A stretch of 64,000 bases of DNA from Deltaproteobacteria bacterium UBA6601 (lineage in GTDB: Bacteria; Myxococcota_A; UBA796; UBA9615), in the NCBI GenBank assembly GCA_002433485.1, contig DJIF01000054.1:1158-65157 (forward strand), given 5' to 3'. Below, piece after piece: positions 41,175 through 50,958 of this stretch. A model generated the notes under the pieces. The model was not told the origin of the DNA. It made no database searches and saw only the letters and a list, made by a program, of their open reading frames with translations. Every line of letters begins with the position of its first letter. Position 1 is the first letter of the stretch. The position numbers and the translations under genes were made by a program.

Positions 41175-42109
41175 GCACCGCTGCCGAGTTCTGCCGCCAG
41201 GCACTGCGTTCAGCAGTCGCTCAGTTGCCAAGCTTCCAGCCTGATACAGCCGACCTGACTCAGCTGCGCTGCGCGCTGCTGCTCTACCAATTAAGCGACC
41301 GACAACATTGGCTGCAACGGCTACGCGATGCCTGCCGAGTGCAAGATTTCCCGGGCTTGGAGCCCACCGCTAGAGGCGCATGGCTGGAGCTGCTCTGTGA
41401 CGCCTGGGTGGTGGATGCAAATGGCCCCTTTCGCGGCAATGCAGCACAACTGAGCGCTTTACCCTGCAGCGGTCCACAAGCAATCAACGGCTTGCTCCGC
41501 TACTGGCGGATCACCGGTGAGGCCAGCTTCAAGGAGCATGCACTCCAACTGCTCAAAGAGCTCGACAACACCACGGGCCCGGCCCATGCAGCGGCGATGC
41601 TGGCCGGTTACCGGGCAACCGGAGCGCAAGAACTGCTGGATGAGGCCCGACGCCGCCTGGCGCGGCCAAGGCCAGAAACCCTGACCATAGGCTGGTGGCC
41701 ACTAGCCAGGGATCTACTCGACTGGGGGGCTGAAGACGTTGTCGACTACGTCCAGAGCTGGCCGAACGGCGCTCCCCCTCCGGCCGCACAGATCTGTGGG
41801 CTCGCACCCATTCTGCTGCCGATACTGGAGTTGAAAATCCGGTGGTGGGAGGCTAGCGAACTGGATGAAGGCTACGTGGCCGAGGCTGTCACCTTCCCCT
41901 ACCCGGCCATGCGCATGCGTCTGGAACGACGGGACAGCCCGGGGCAGGTGTACTTTGAGCCCAGCCTCGGCGGTAATCACTACCAACAGCTGGAAGATGC
42001 AGGAATCGTGGCCTCACTGCTGGAACAGATGGTTAGCGAGGTGGACCGACAGGGCATCCTTCACGGCGCTCGGCGACGGACTTCAAGACGACCCATTGGG
42101 CGCCAATAA
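41171..42109 (+). CDS. Hypothetical protein with alpha/alpha-toroid-like helical repeats
   Basis: ATGA overlap with prmA; repeats LLLYQLSDRQHWL, LLRYWRITGEASFKEHA, MLAGYRATGAQELLDEA resemble six-hairpin (YyaL/LanC-like) repeats. Confidence 0.55.
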   Translation: MSTAAEFCRQALRSAVAQLPSFQPDTADLTQLRCALLLYQLSDRQHWLQRLRDACRVQDFPGLEPTARGAWLELLCDAWVVDANGPFRGNAAQLSALPCSGPQAINGLLRYWRITGEASFKEHALQLLKELDNTTGPAHAAAMLAGYRATGAQELLDEARRRLARPRPETLTIGWWPLARDLLDWGAEDVVDYVQSWPNGAPPPAAQICGLAPILLPILELKIRWWEASELDEGYVAEAVTFPYPAMRMRLERRDSPGQVYFEPSLGGNHYQQLEDAGIVASLLEQMVSEVDRQGILHGARRRTSRRPIGRQ

Positions 42110-42126
42110 CCGTGTAGAATGAAGCG

Positions 42127-43644
42127 ATGTACCCACCCCTCCCAGACAGCACCGTTGAAAGCAATGAAGACGCATTGCCACGCGAGCTGGAAGTGACCTA
42201 CTCGGGCAGAGATGGGCACATCTACATCGCCGAGGGAGATGGCCGGCGCACACAGCGGCTCACCTGGAGCATCGAAGACTTCTCAACCCTTCCTGGGATG
42301 CCCGCGATGCCAGGAGTGTGCGGCAATCTTGAGGACAGTCTCGTATTCACCAATCCGGTATCGAGCGCCGACGGCAAGCGGATCGCTGTGTTCGGACTGC
42401 TACCAACGCTGTTTGACAACCGCGAACTCTATCCTTGGGAGCCATGGATCGGCGACGAGCACAGCGATAGCGAATGGGAAGTCGTACAAGCGCCCAGCGA
42501 CGGCGCAACGAACGATGACGAAGCGAACGATGTGATCGGTCAGGGAATGGTGCTCGTGGTGTATGGCGACCAAGACACCGACGAGGATGAGATCGGCGTC
42601 GACAGCATCGAAGAGACCGTCGAGGATGACGACGGCTTGCCCAGCTATTGGCCGGGTAGCAAGGTCTACGTGATGCACCGGGATGGAGTAAGAGTCTGGG
42701 AGCCCTGGGCAGAGGATGAAGGAACACCAGTACACCTTGAGTGGGCGCCAGACGACGAGCATCTGATGGTGCTCCATCAGGCGGGTGACCTGATGCATCT
42801 CGATCTGATCTCCTACGAGGGCGACGGAGAAGATGTACGCATCGCTTCCGGGGCACCCCTGTTCTGGGCCTGGCAACCGGGAGGTAGGCGCCTGGCGGTG
42901 CGCACCGACCACCCGGAAGACTCCAATGCTCTGCTGCACTTCTGCGATCCTCTCGACCACATGGAGTCTCAGTTGATCGGCCCAGCTGGATCTTTCTACC
43001 GACCAGCCTGGCACCCGGAAGGAAAGGCCATGGTCTATGGCCGGCGCGATGACCGAGAGGATGTGCTGGCGCTGGTCGACGCTGAGGGCAAACCGCTGCG
43101 CGATCTGTTCCACTACTCAGGCAGGGTCGCCTTTGACTGGGACCCTCGTGGCAGTCAGTTGGCCATCGCTCAAGCTCCTGAGGGGCATGGGCCATTCCAG
43201 GCACTACGTCTGCTAGAGCTGGACGGCGCCTCCCGAACATTGTGGCGCGGCACTTTCATCTGCTTCAAGTGGCTCCATGACGGCTCAGGCTTTCTGATCT
43301 GCAGCAGCGACCTGGAAAAAGGACATCTACAGTGGCTTTTGATCAACCAGGACGGTAGCAGTCGACCGGTCGGCAAGCCCTTCGTCCCCACTCGCGAGAC
43401 AGCGGTGTCACTGCACTTCTTCGAGCAGGTCTCGACAGGCCAGCCTTTTCTCTCTGCGGATGACCGTTTCGTTACCTACGCTGGCTTTTCGATCGAGTCA
43501 GAAGGCGCCGAAATGGAAGCCTCAGAGGCCCCGGTAAACTTTGAGGGAACTGCTGAGCAGAGCCGCATCCTGATCAGCCCTCTGAACAGCTCAACCTCGA
43601 TTGCGGTTGGCGAAGGGCGCTACGGCTGCTTCCCCGCTCGTTAG
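42127..43644 (+). CDS. TolB-like beta-propeller protein with acidic insertion, no signal peptide
   Basis: SSADGKRIA, EWAPDDEHL, WQPGGRRLA, PAWHPEGKAM, WDPRGSQLA, LSADDRFVTY repeats. Confidence 0.7.
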   Translation: MYPPLPDSTVESNEDALPRELEVTYSGRDGHIYIAEGDGRRTQRLTWSIEDFSTLPGMPAMPGVCGNLEDSLVFTNPVSSADGKRIAVFGLLPTLFDNRELYPWEPWIGDEHSDSEWEVVQAPSDGATNDDEANDVIGQGMVLVVYGDQDTDEDEIGVDSIEETVEDDDGLPSYWPGSKVYVMHRDGVRVWEPWAEDEGTPVHLEWAPDDEHLMVLHQAGDLMHLDLISYEGDGEDVRIASGAPLFWAWQPGGRRLAVRTDHPEDSNALLHFCDPLDHMESQLIGPAGSFYRPAWHPEGKAMVYGRRDDREDVLALVDAEGKPLRDLFHYSGRVAFDWDPRGSQLAIAQAPEGHGPFQALRLLELDGASRTLWRGTFICFKWLHDGSGFLICSSDLEKGHLQWLLINQDGSSRPVGKPFVPTRETAVSLHFFEQVSTGQPFLSADDRFVTYAGFSIESEGAEMEASEAPVNFEGTAEQSRILISPLNSSTSIAVGEGRYGCFPAR

Positions 43645-43827
43645 CCGGCACCAGCTCGTATCGCCGGTGCCGGTACGAGAGCTGCAAAGGCGTATGGGGT
43701 TAGCCATTGGGGCCCTGAGCATGGCCCAATAAGGGTAGATAACAGGCAGGTCGGTAGGTATGTTGCGCACAGTAACGCACGGATTTTCGCACGCCACAGG
43801 CGCGCTACGGCCGTGAACGGAGGTCAC

Positions 43828-45696
43828 TTGTCTACTCCCCCAAGCTCAGCTCCGCCCGAGCACTCCGAGCAACTAGAGAGCGTAGTGATTCGATTCGCTG
43901 GCGACTCTGGAGATGGAGTTCAGTTAACCGGCACCCAGTTCACCAAGACCTCGGCTCTTGTTGGCAACGACATCTCCACCTTGCCCGACTTTCCCGCCGA
44001 GATTCGCGCCCCAGCAGGAACCCTGTTTGGCGTCTCTGGCTTCCAGCTTCAGTTCGGCTCCACTGAAATACGCACCCCAGGCGATCGGCCAGATGTACTG
44101 GTGGCCTTCAACCCGGCGGCTCTGAAGACCAATATCGACCGACTCCGCAAGGGAGGATTGGTCCTCATCAACAGCGCATCTTTCACCAGTCGAAATCTTG
44201 AGAAGGCGGGCTACGAGAGCAACCCGCTCGAGGATGAGAGCCTTTCTGCATGGCAGGTCATTACGGTCGACATGACCAAGCTGACCCGCGAGGCGCTCAA
44301 GGAGTCCCCGCTCCGAACCAAAGACAAAGACCGGGCCAAGAACCTGTTTGCGCTGGGCATGGTCTACTTTCTCTACAGTCGACCGCTGGAGCATACGATC
44401 AGCTGGCTTGAGAATAAGTTCGCGAAGAAGCCGGATGTGGCTGCTGCCAACGTCAAGACCCTTAAGACCGGTTACTACTACGCGGAGACCGCTGAAGTCT
44501 TTCGCAGCACCTACTCAGTACCCGAGGCAACGGTAGCTCCCGGCTTGTATCGAAATGTGACCGGTAATCAAGCAACCGCCCTGGGCCTGGTGAGCGCCGC
44601 GCGCAAAGCAGACCTGGACCTGTTCCTCGGCAGCTATCCAATCACCCCGGCCTCGGACATCCTCCATGAGCTGAGTAACCTGCGGGCGCATGGAGTAAAG
44701 ACCCTTCAAGCGGAAGATGAAATCGCTGCCATCTGTGCGGCCATCGGAGCCAGCTACGCCGGTTCTCTGGGTATCACCAGCACCTCAGGGCCGGGACTCG
44801 CCCTCAAGGGCGAAGCCCTGGGACTGGCGATGATGGTCGAGTTGCCCCTGGTGGTTATCAACGTACAGCGAGGCGGCCCCTCGACCGGCCTGCCTACCAA
44901 GACGGAACAGGCTGACCTGCTGATGTCCATGTACGGGCGCAACGGTGAGAGCCCAATCCCAATCATTGCGGCTCGATCACCAGCTGACTGCTTTGCAGCG
45001 GCCTTTGAAGCAGCTCAGGTTGCCATTAGCACCCGAACCCCAGTACTGCTACTCACCGATGGCTATCTCGCCAACGGCTCGGAACCATGGGCAATCCCGC
45101 AAGCCGACGAGCTGCCCAACATTGATCCTGACTTCCTGCTGGACGGCGGTGAGGTGCTGCAGCCTTATGCACGAGACCCTGAGAGCCTCAGCAGGCCCTG
45201 GATCAAGCCCGGAACTGTCGGCTTAGAGCATCGCGTAGGCGGGCTTGAGAAGGCGGACCTCACCGGTAACGTGTCCTACGACCCGGCCAACCACCACCGA
45301 ATGTGCAGCCTACGCCGCGACAAAGTAGCGCGCATCGCCGATAGCCTGCCTCCAACCACGATCACTGGCAGTCAAACCGGCGGCGATCTGCTGCTGGTCG
45401 GTTGGGGCGGTACCTACGGCTCGATCACCACCGCAGTGCACAAGGCCAGAGCCGCGGGCAAGGATGTCTCTTCCGTCCACCTCCGCAATATCAATCCACT
45501 CCCCCCTGACCTGGGCGATATTCTGCGACGCTATGACAAGATCCTGGTCCCCGAGTTGAACCTCGGTCAGCTGGTTCGCATCCTCCGAGCTGAATACCTG
45601 GTAGATGCTCGAGGCTGCAATAAGGTGCAGGGGCTTCCATTTACGGTGAATGAGCTGATCGCGGCCATCGACGCTGAACTCTACGGAGAGGCCTGA
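43828..45696 (+). CDS. korA: 2-oxoacid:ferredoxin oxidoreductase alpha subunit (gamma-alpha fused type)
   Basis: RFAGDSGDGVQLTG, PAEIRAPAGT, SYPITPAS, QAEDEIAA, TSGPG, QRGGPSTGLPTK; TTG start with GGAGG. Confidence 0.94.
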   Translation: MSTPPSSAPPEHSEQLESVVIRFAGDSGDGVQLTGTQFTKTSALVGNDISTLPDFPAEIRAPAGTLFGVSGFQLQFGSTEIRTPGDRPDVLVAFNPAALKTNIDRLRKGGLVLINSASFTSRNLEKAGYESNPLEDESLSAWQVITVDMTKLTREALKESPLRTKDKDRAKNLFALGMVYFLYSRPLEHTISWLENKFAKKPDVAAANVKTLKTGYYYAETAEVFRSTYSVPEATVAPGLYRNVTGNQATALGLVSAARKADLDLFLGSYPITPASDILHELSNLRAHGVKTLQAEDEIAAICAAIGASYAGSLGITSTSGPGLALKGEALGLAMMVELPLVVINVQRGGPSTGLPTKTEQADLLMSMYGRNGESPIPIIAARSPADCFAAAFEAAQVAISTRTPVLLLTDGYLANGSEPWAIPQADELPNIDPDFLLDGGEVLQPYARDPESLSRPWIKPGTVGLEHRVGGLEKADLTGNVSYDPANHHRMCSLRRDKVARIADSLPPTTITGSQTGGDLLLVGWGGTYGSITTAVHKARAAGKDVSSVHLRNINPLPPDLGDILRRYDKILVPELNLGQLVRILRAEYLVDARGCNKVQGLPFTVNELIAAIDAELYGEA

Positions 45697-45700
45697 GAAC

Positions 45701-46729
45701 ATGAGCGAGCAACCCATCATCTCGCTGTCACGCTCGGATCTGGTCAGCGATCAAGAAGTACGCTGGTGCCCGGGCTGTGGCGACTACGCCATCCTCAAGC
45801 ACGTCCAGAGTGCGCTGGCGGACCTACAGGTTCCCCGCGAGAACATGGTGGTGGTCTCGGGCATCGGCTGTGCGGCCCGGTTCCCCTACTACATGAACAC
45901 CTATGGATTCCACACCATTCACGGTCGGTCCCCGGCACTGGCCACCGGCGTGAAAATGGCCAATCCGGAGCTTTCAGTATGGGTGGTGGGCGGAGACGGT
46001 GACATGATGTCCATCGGCGGCAACCACCTGATCCATGCTCTGCGCCGCAACATCGACCTCACGATCCTGCTCTTCAACAATGAGATCTATGGTCTCACCA
46101 AAGGCCAGTTTTCCCCCACCTCGGGACTGGGCAAGCGCACCAAGTCGAGTCCGCTGGGATCCATTGACCCGGCCTTTGACCCGGTCAGCCTGGCCCTGGG
46201 CGCCGGCGCCACCTTCGTCGGTCGAACCGCTGACATGTGGGGCAAGCACTGCCAGGCGATGCTTAAAGAAGCGCACGCCCACAAGGGTGCAGCCTTTATT
46301 GAAATCCTGCAGAACTGCATCATCTTTAATGACGGTGCCTTTGCGCACGAAGTAGGCAAGAAGACCAAGGACGACGCCACCGTAGAACTGATCCACGGGG
46401 AGCCGCTCATCTTCGGTAAGGAGAGCCAATTCGGCATCCTCGCCGATGGACTCGAGCTGAAGGTAGTCGAGCTGGGTGAGGAGTTCAGCGCTGAAGACCT
46501 GCTGGTCTACGACAAGACCAAGCTGAATCCTGGAATGGCACAGATGATTGCGGCGATGGGGGTCTCGGACGGCTCCCTACCACTGCCCGTCGGCATGTTC
46601 CGACAGGTGCAGCGACCGACCTATGAGCATTCCATGGAAGATCAGGTGCGGTCAGCCCAGCAGGACACTGGTGGCAAGCCTCCTCTGCAGAGCCTCTTTA
46701 ACCAGGGCGACACCTGGACAGTGGATTGA
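45701..46729 (+). CDS. korB: 2-oxoacid:ferredoxin oxidoreductase beta subunit
   Basis: WCPGCGD, SGIGC, HTIHGR, GGDGD (TPP), NNEIYGLTKGQFSPT. Confidence 0.94.
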   Translation: MSEQPIISLSRSDLVSDQEVRWCPGCGDYAILKHVQSALADLQVPRENMVVVSGIGCAARFPYYMNTYGFHTIHGRSPALATGVKMANPELSVWVVGGDGDMMSIGGNHLIHALRRNIDLTILLFNNEIYGLTKGQFSPTSGLGKRTKSSPLGSIDPAFDPVSLALGAGATFVGRTADMWGKHCQAMLKEAHAHKGAAFIEILQNCIIFNDGAFAHEVGKKTKDDATVELIHGEPLIFGKESQFGILADGLELKVVELGEEFSAEDLLVYDKTKLNPGMAQMIAAMGVSDGSLPLPVGMFRQVQRPTYEHSMEDQVRSAQQDTGGKPPLQSLFNQGDTWTVD

Positions 46730-46769
46730 TTCTCTGGACTTGAGAGGCGCCCACAGTTAAGAAAAAGGG

Positions 46770-47504
46770 ATGTCAATGGCTCGCCGCTTTCTGTTGCTTC
46801 AGGCCCGCAATCCGGGCGACCCTGGCAGAGTCCACGAGCAACAGTGCTTCGAAGAAACCCTGGGACTGGGGGCGGGAAGCATCCACTGCTGGGACCTGCT
46901 GCAGGGTTGCCCAAACGAGCAACAACTGAGCCAATTCGACATGCTGCTCGTGGGAGGCTCGGGAGACTACTCGGTACTGGACGAAATCCCCTTTGTGCGA
47001 CAGTTCATCGACTTCCTCAGCGACGTCGTGTTGCCCAATGAGATCCCCACCTTCGCCTCCTGCTTCGGTTTTCAGGCGATCGTGCTGGCTGCAGGAGGTG
47101 AGCTTGTGCGGGACCCGGAACACGCCGAAGTTGGGACCTTCCCGATCACCGTAAGTGAACAGGGACGCCAGGACCCGCTACTGGGCGACCTGTTTCCAAG
47201 CTTCAAGGCCCAACTGGGGCACAAGGACCGGGTCGAGCGCCTTCCTGCGGGGCTTATTTCGCTTGCGGCCTCAGAGCGTGCTCCCTGCCAGGCCCTACGA
47301 CTATCGGGAAGCACCATCTATGGCACCCAGTTCCACCCAGAGCTGTCCCGGGATAACAACATCTACCGCTTCAATCTCTACCGCCAACGCTACGAGGGCA
47401 GCTCAGCAGACGACAGCGATGAGGTAACCGCCTCCCTGGAAGAGACACCGCAGGCTTCAGCTCTGTTGCCCCGCTGGGTAGAGCTGGTTCAGGGCACCGC
47501 CTGA
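46770..47504 (+). CDS. Type 1 glutamine amidotransferase (GMP-synthase GATase-like)
   Basis: GGSG, SCFGFQ nucleophile, HKD, TQFHPE. Confidence 0.88.
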   Translation: MSMARRFLLLQARNPGDPGRVHEQQCFEETLGLGAGSIHCWDLLQGCPNEQQLSQFDMLLVGGSGDYSVLDEIPFVRQFIDFLSDVVLPNEIPTFASCFGFQAIVLAAGGELVRDPEHAEVGTFPITVSEQGRQDPLLGDLFPSFKAQLGHKDRVERLPAGLISLAASERAPCQALRLSGSTIYGTQFHPELSRDNNIYRFNLYRQRYEGSSADDSDEVTASLEETPQASALLPRWVELVQGTA

Positions 47505-47593
47505 GTCCAAGAGGAGGCGCAACCTAAGCTCAACCTTTAGATCGCAGCGGCACAACAAGTGTGCGCTAGGCTGGCGCCATAGGAGGGCCCAAG

Positions 47594-49282
47594 ATGAACT
47601 CTGAGCGCGATTCAAAGCTCTGGACTTGGCCGGTCATCGCTCTGCTCTGTGCAGGCCTGCAGCTGCTGCCAACGGCTACTGCCCAGGCGCTGCCCACTGC
47701 CCAGAGCCTTGGTATGGAGGCCTATATTCCTCCGGTTGAGCCAAGCCTTAACGAAGTGGAGCAGGCCATCGAGCAGGCCGCGCAACACTTCGAAGTTCCC
47801 GCAGAGCTGCTCTCTGTAGTCGCCCACACCGAGTCTCGCTGGCGCCACCGCCCGCACCGTAGCTCCCCTGATGGGCGAAGAGGCCTGTTCAACCTGAGCC
47901 CGGCACGCCTGGCGCTGGCCAGCGATGCCCTCGATGAGAGCAGCGAACATCTGGCCGTTGACCTGGAATTGCATGCATTGGCCTTTGCCTGGCTTCTCCA
48001 CTCCGCGCGACCGGGACCGGATCTCGGCCTGGGCAGCTGGCGAGACTCCCTGGCCTGGGCCCTTGAACTTCAGCCTGGAGCGGCCGACTTCCTGGTCGAC
48101 CGCTGGTTTGCCCTGCTCGATGGTGGTGTCATCGACCGCCTCGACACAGGTGAGCCTGTCACCATTGCGCCCAGCCCCATCGCCGCGCACTACCTGGGCC
48201 TGTTCGCCGCCAGCGCGGAAAGCCAGAGCCGCAGCCCTGATTACCCGGGGGCTGCCTGGGTTCCTGCAGCCAACTGCAACACCCCTAACTGTCCCTATCC
48301 CCGCACCATTGGTGACATAGACATGGTGGTCATTCACACCGCCCAGGGCAGCTACAACGGCACCATCTCCTGGTTCCAGAACTGCGATGCCGGTGTGTCG
48401 GCTCACTATGTAGTCAGCGAGGGTGGCGAGATCACCCAGATGGTCGAAGAGGAGTGGACCGGCTGGCACATCTCCGCCTGTAACGGCCACTCTATCGGTA
48501 TCGAGCACGAAGGCTGGGTACAGGACCTGTGGTACCCCGACGCCATGTACCAGGCCTCCGCTGCCCTCACCTCAGACATCCTCACCGACTGGAACATCCC
48601 GATCGACCGCAACAATGTCATCGGCCACGATGAGTTGCAGGCCATGTGCAACACCACCCACACCGACCCAGGTGCTGGGTGGGACTGGGACTACTACATG
48701 TCACTGATCGGCGGAGTAAACACCGTCGATCTCACCGAGTTGGTCGGCTACGTGCGCCATACCGACATCTACGAAGCCAGCTATGGCATCGCCAACGCGA
48801 CGGTCACCATCAGCGGCCATGGCACAACTCAGGCCGACCCCAGCGGCTACTACGTGTTTGACCCCATTCCCCCCGGTACCTGGGAGATCTGCGCCCGGGC
48901 CGAAGGCTACGAAGAGAACTGTCGCAGCAAGACAGTGGAGGCAGACATCACCAACTGGGGCTCCATCCTGCTCGCCCCAGGCTCCCCAGGCGACGATGAC
49001 GACAGCCTCGGTGACGACGACGACACCAGCGGCAACGACAACCCGGCGGACGATGACGACACCAGCGGCAACAACGACCCGACGGACGATGACGACACCA
49101 GCGACGACACCACTGGGCAGCCGCCCTTCAGTGACGATGAAGAGGCGGACTCAGAGGCCAACCAGCGCAGCAGAAATGGTTGCGCCTGCGCCAACGCCAG
49201 CACCACCTCGGCAACCCCGTTACCGGGCCTATTACTGCTCTCACTGGTAGGGCTGGCGGCACGTCGGAAGCGACTCAGATAG
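47594..49282 (+). CDS. Secreted N-acetylmuramoyl-L-alanine amidase (Amidase_2) with N-terminal lysozyme-like domain and C-terminal MYXO-CTERM-like anchor
   Basis: Signal peptide; AAQHFEVPAELL...TESRW...GLF; VIHTAQG, SAHYVV, WH, SIGIEHEG, GH, HTDPG; CarboxypepD_reg-like domain; Asp-rich linker; GCAC...LLLLSLVGLAARRKRLR. Confidence 0.88.
   Translation: MNSERDSKLWTWPVIALLCAGLQLLPTATAQALPTAQSLGMEAYIPPVEPSLNEVEQAIEQAAQHFEVPAELLSVVAHTESRWRHRPHRSSPDGRRGLFNLSPARLALASDALDESSEHLAVDLELHALAFAWLLHSARPGPDLGLGSWRDSLAWALELQPGAADFLVDRWFALLDGGVIDRLDTGEPVTIAPSPIAAHYLGLFAASAESQSRSPDYPGAAWVPAANCNTPNCPYPRTIGDIDMVVIHTAQGSYNGTISWFQNCDAGVSAHYVVSEGGEITQMVEEEWTGWHISACNGHSIGIEHEGWVQDLWYPDAMYQASAALTSDILTDWNIPIDRNNVIGHDELQAMCNTTHTDPGAGWDWDYYMSLIGGVNTVDLTELVGYVRHTDIYEASYGIANATVTISGHGTTQADPSGYYVFDPIPPGTWEICARAEGYEENCRSKTVEADITNWGSILLAPGSPGDDDDSLGDDDDTSGNDNPADDDDTSGNNDPTDDDDTSDDTTGQPPFSDDEEADSEANQRSRNGCACANASTTSATPLPGLLLLSLVGLAARRKRLR
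49013..49102 (+). repeat. 36-bp coding tandem repeat (2.5 copies) encoding DDDDTSGN(D/N)(N/D)P(A/T)
   Basis: Units start at 49013, 49049 and 49085; in frame within the amidase linker. Confidence 0.9.
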
Positions 49283-50837
49283 AGCGGAGACCAGCGAACA
49301 GACCACCCAGTTCCGCAAGCCCGGGCGCGTACACCTCGCGATAGAGAGCGTCATACAGCTGGGCCCGCTCGGGATCCGGCTCGACCAGCGGGCTCTGAGG
49401 CACCATCGCGGCGACGGCCTCGTCTACCGACCCATGAAGGCCCGCTGCTGCTGCTGCTACGATGGCTGCCCCGCGCGCAGAGAGTTCGCCGGACTCCGGT
49501 CGCCGAACCGGTCGACCGAGGACATCAGCGAGGATCTGAACGGCCAACTGAGAACGGGCCCCGCCGCCCCCAACCCGAAGTTCAGAAATTCTCTGGCCAC
49601 TGACCTTCTCGAGCAGTGCCAATCCACTGCGCAGATCCATGGCGATTCCCTCAAGCAGGGCCCGGTACATGTGTCCACGTCCGTGCACCTCTCGCAGTCC
49701 CAGCACAACACCACTCTCAGCAGGCTGCTGCAGACTCGGCGACCACCTAGGCCAGATCACCAGCCCTTCCGCACCAGCGGGAGTGCGCGCAGCCTCCTGT
49801 TCCAGCAAGGCCTCCACCGCACAGCCCTCAAGCTGAGCCCGCTGGTCCAGGTCACGAGCCAGCTCACGGGCAAACCAACGTGCTGTCCAGAAGCCGCGAA
49901 ACACCATGTACTCCAGCTGCCAGGCCGCCTTCTCCGCAGCAGCGATGGTCAACCATCGGTAGCTGCTGCTCTGACGAGCGACTGAGGAGGCAATCGCTAC
50001 GCTGGACGCAGTGCCGAGACTGACTACAGCAAGCTCTGGGGTCGTGGTTCGCACTCCCACCCCGAGCGCTTCAGCCTGCTTGTCGCCGCCGCAGCTGATA
50101 ATGGGCAGTCCCTGCGGCAGGCCGGTCAGTTCAGCCGCCTGCGCGCTTAAGCCACCGATCTTTTCACCAGCCTCTACGACCTCAGGCAGCCAGGAGCGAC
50201 GATAGCCCAGGAGGGCATAGAGCAAACCAGACTTTGCCCAGCGTCGACCCTTCACGTCCACCGGGAGCACTCCGGCAAGTCCCCCCGGCGCCAGCGCCAA
50301 CCTGGAACACAATTCGCCGTGCAGCCAGGCCTCAAGCGGCGCAACCCAGCGCAGCTCAGTGATCAGCTCTGGGTCCCTGCCCCGCCACTGACGAGGCATC
50401 GAGCGAGCCATCAAACGGGGAATCAATGCCTGCGGCCCGAGCAGCGCCAACAGCAGTCGCATGGGCAGAGCTGACTGAGCCTTCAGATCTGCTGTCCTAC
50501 GGTCCAGCCAGGAGACTGCCGGACGAAGCGGCGCACCTTGCTGGTCAAGGGCCAGGTAGACCCCTCGCTGAGTGGTCAGGGATGCTGCCGCGATGCGACC
50601 GGGGTCACCACCCCAGCCCTTCAGACAGGCACGAATAGAGGAAAACAAACAAGCGCGGATGTCGGCGGGGTCCTGCTCAACTGCGCCGGGCAGCGGAAAG
50701 GACATGGGCTGATGCAGTACCTGGGCCTCACCGACAATGCTGCCATCGGCGGCAAACAGCAGGGCCCGCGAACTCTGGGAGCCGGAGTCCAGGGCAAGGA
50801 CGAGATCTCGGGGAGCGGAAGGAGCAGACTTGTTCAC
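49275..50837 (-). CDS. FGGY-family carbohydrate kinase
   Basis: LDSGSQSSRA, EQDP, SWLDRR, GGDKQAE, SLGT, RALLEG, GGGARS; start uncertain (GTG 50837). Confidence 0.9.
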   Translation of the reverse strand: MNKSAPSAPRDLVLALDSGSQSSRALLFAADGSIVGEAQVLHQPMSFPLPGAVEQDPADIRACLFSSIRACLKGWGGDPGRIAAASLTTQRGVYLALDQQGAPLRPAVSWLDRRTADLKAQSALPMRLLLALLGPQALIPRLMARSMPRQWRGRDPELITELRWVAPLEAWLHGELCSRLALAPGGLAGVLPVDVKGRRWAKSGLLYALLGYRRSWLPEVVEAGEKIGGLSAQAAELTGLPQGLPIISCGGDKQAEALGVGVRTTTPELAVVSLGTASSVAIASSVARQSSSYRWLTIAAAEKAAWQLEYMVFRGFWTARWFARELARDLDQRAQLEGCAVEALLEQEAARTPAGAEGLVIWPRWSPSLQQPAESGVVLGLREVHGRGHMYRALLEGIAMDLRSGLALLEKVSGQRISELRVGGGGARSQLAVQILADVLGRPVRRPESGELSARGAAIVAAAAAGLHGSVDEAVAAMVPQSPLVEPDPERAQLYDALYREVYAPGLAELGGLFAGLRSI

Positions 50838-50958
50838 GGGATCAGACCATAGCAAAGGCAGGTTCAGGTGCCGGGAGCGAGCAGGCTGCAATAAAGATGC
50901 AGGAGGAAAGGGCCAGCGACTCTCGCACCCTGCAGGTCACCCGGCTAGGATGCCCCCG

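Noticed and set aside
43645..43770. Inverted repeats between the propeller gene and korA as an intrinsic terminator or ncRNA
   Set aside because: Stems (CCGGCACC/GGTGCCGG and others) are alternative, lack U-tracts and are expected in GC-rich DNA.
49013..49102. 36-bp repeats resembling a CRISPR repeat length
   Set aside because: Head-to-tail with no spacers, in frame inside a protein linker, and no cas genes.
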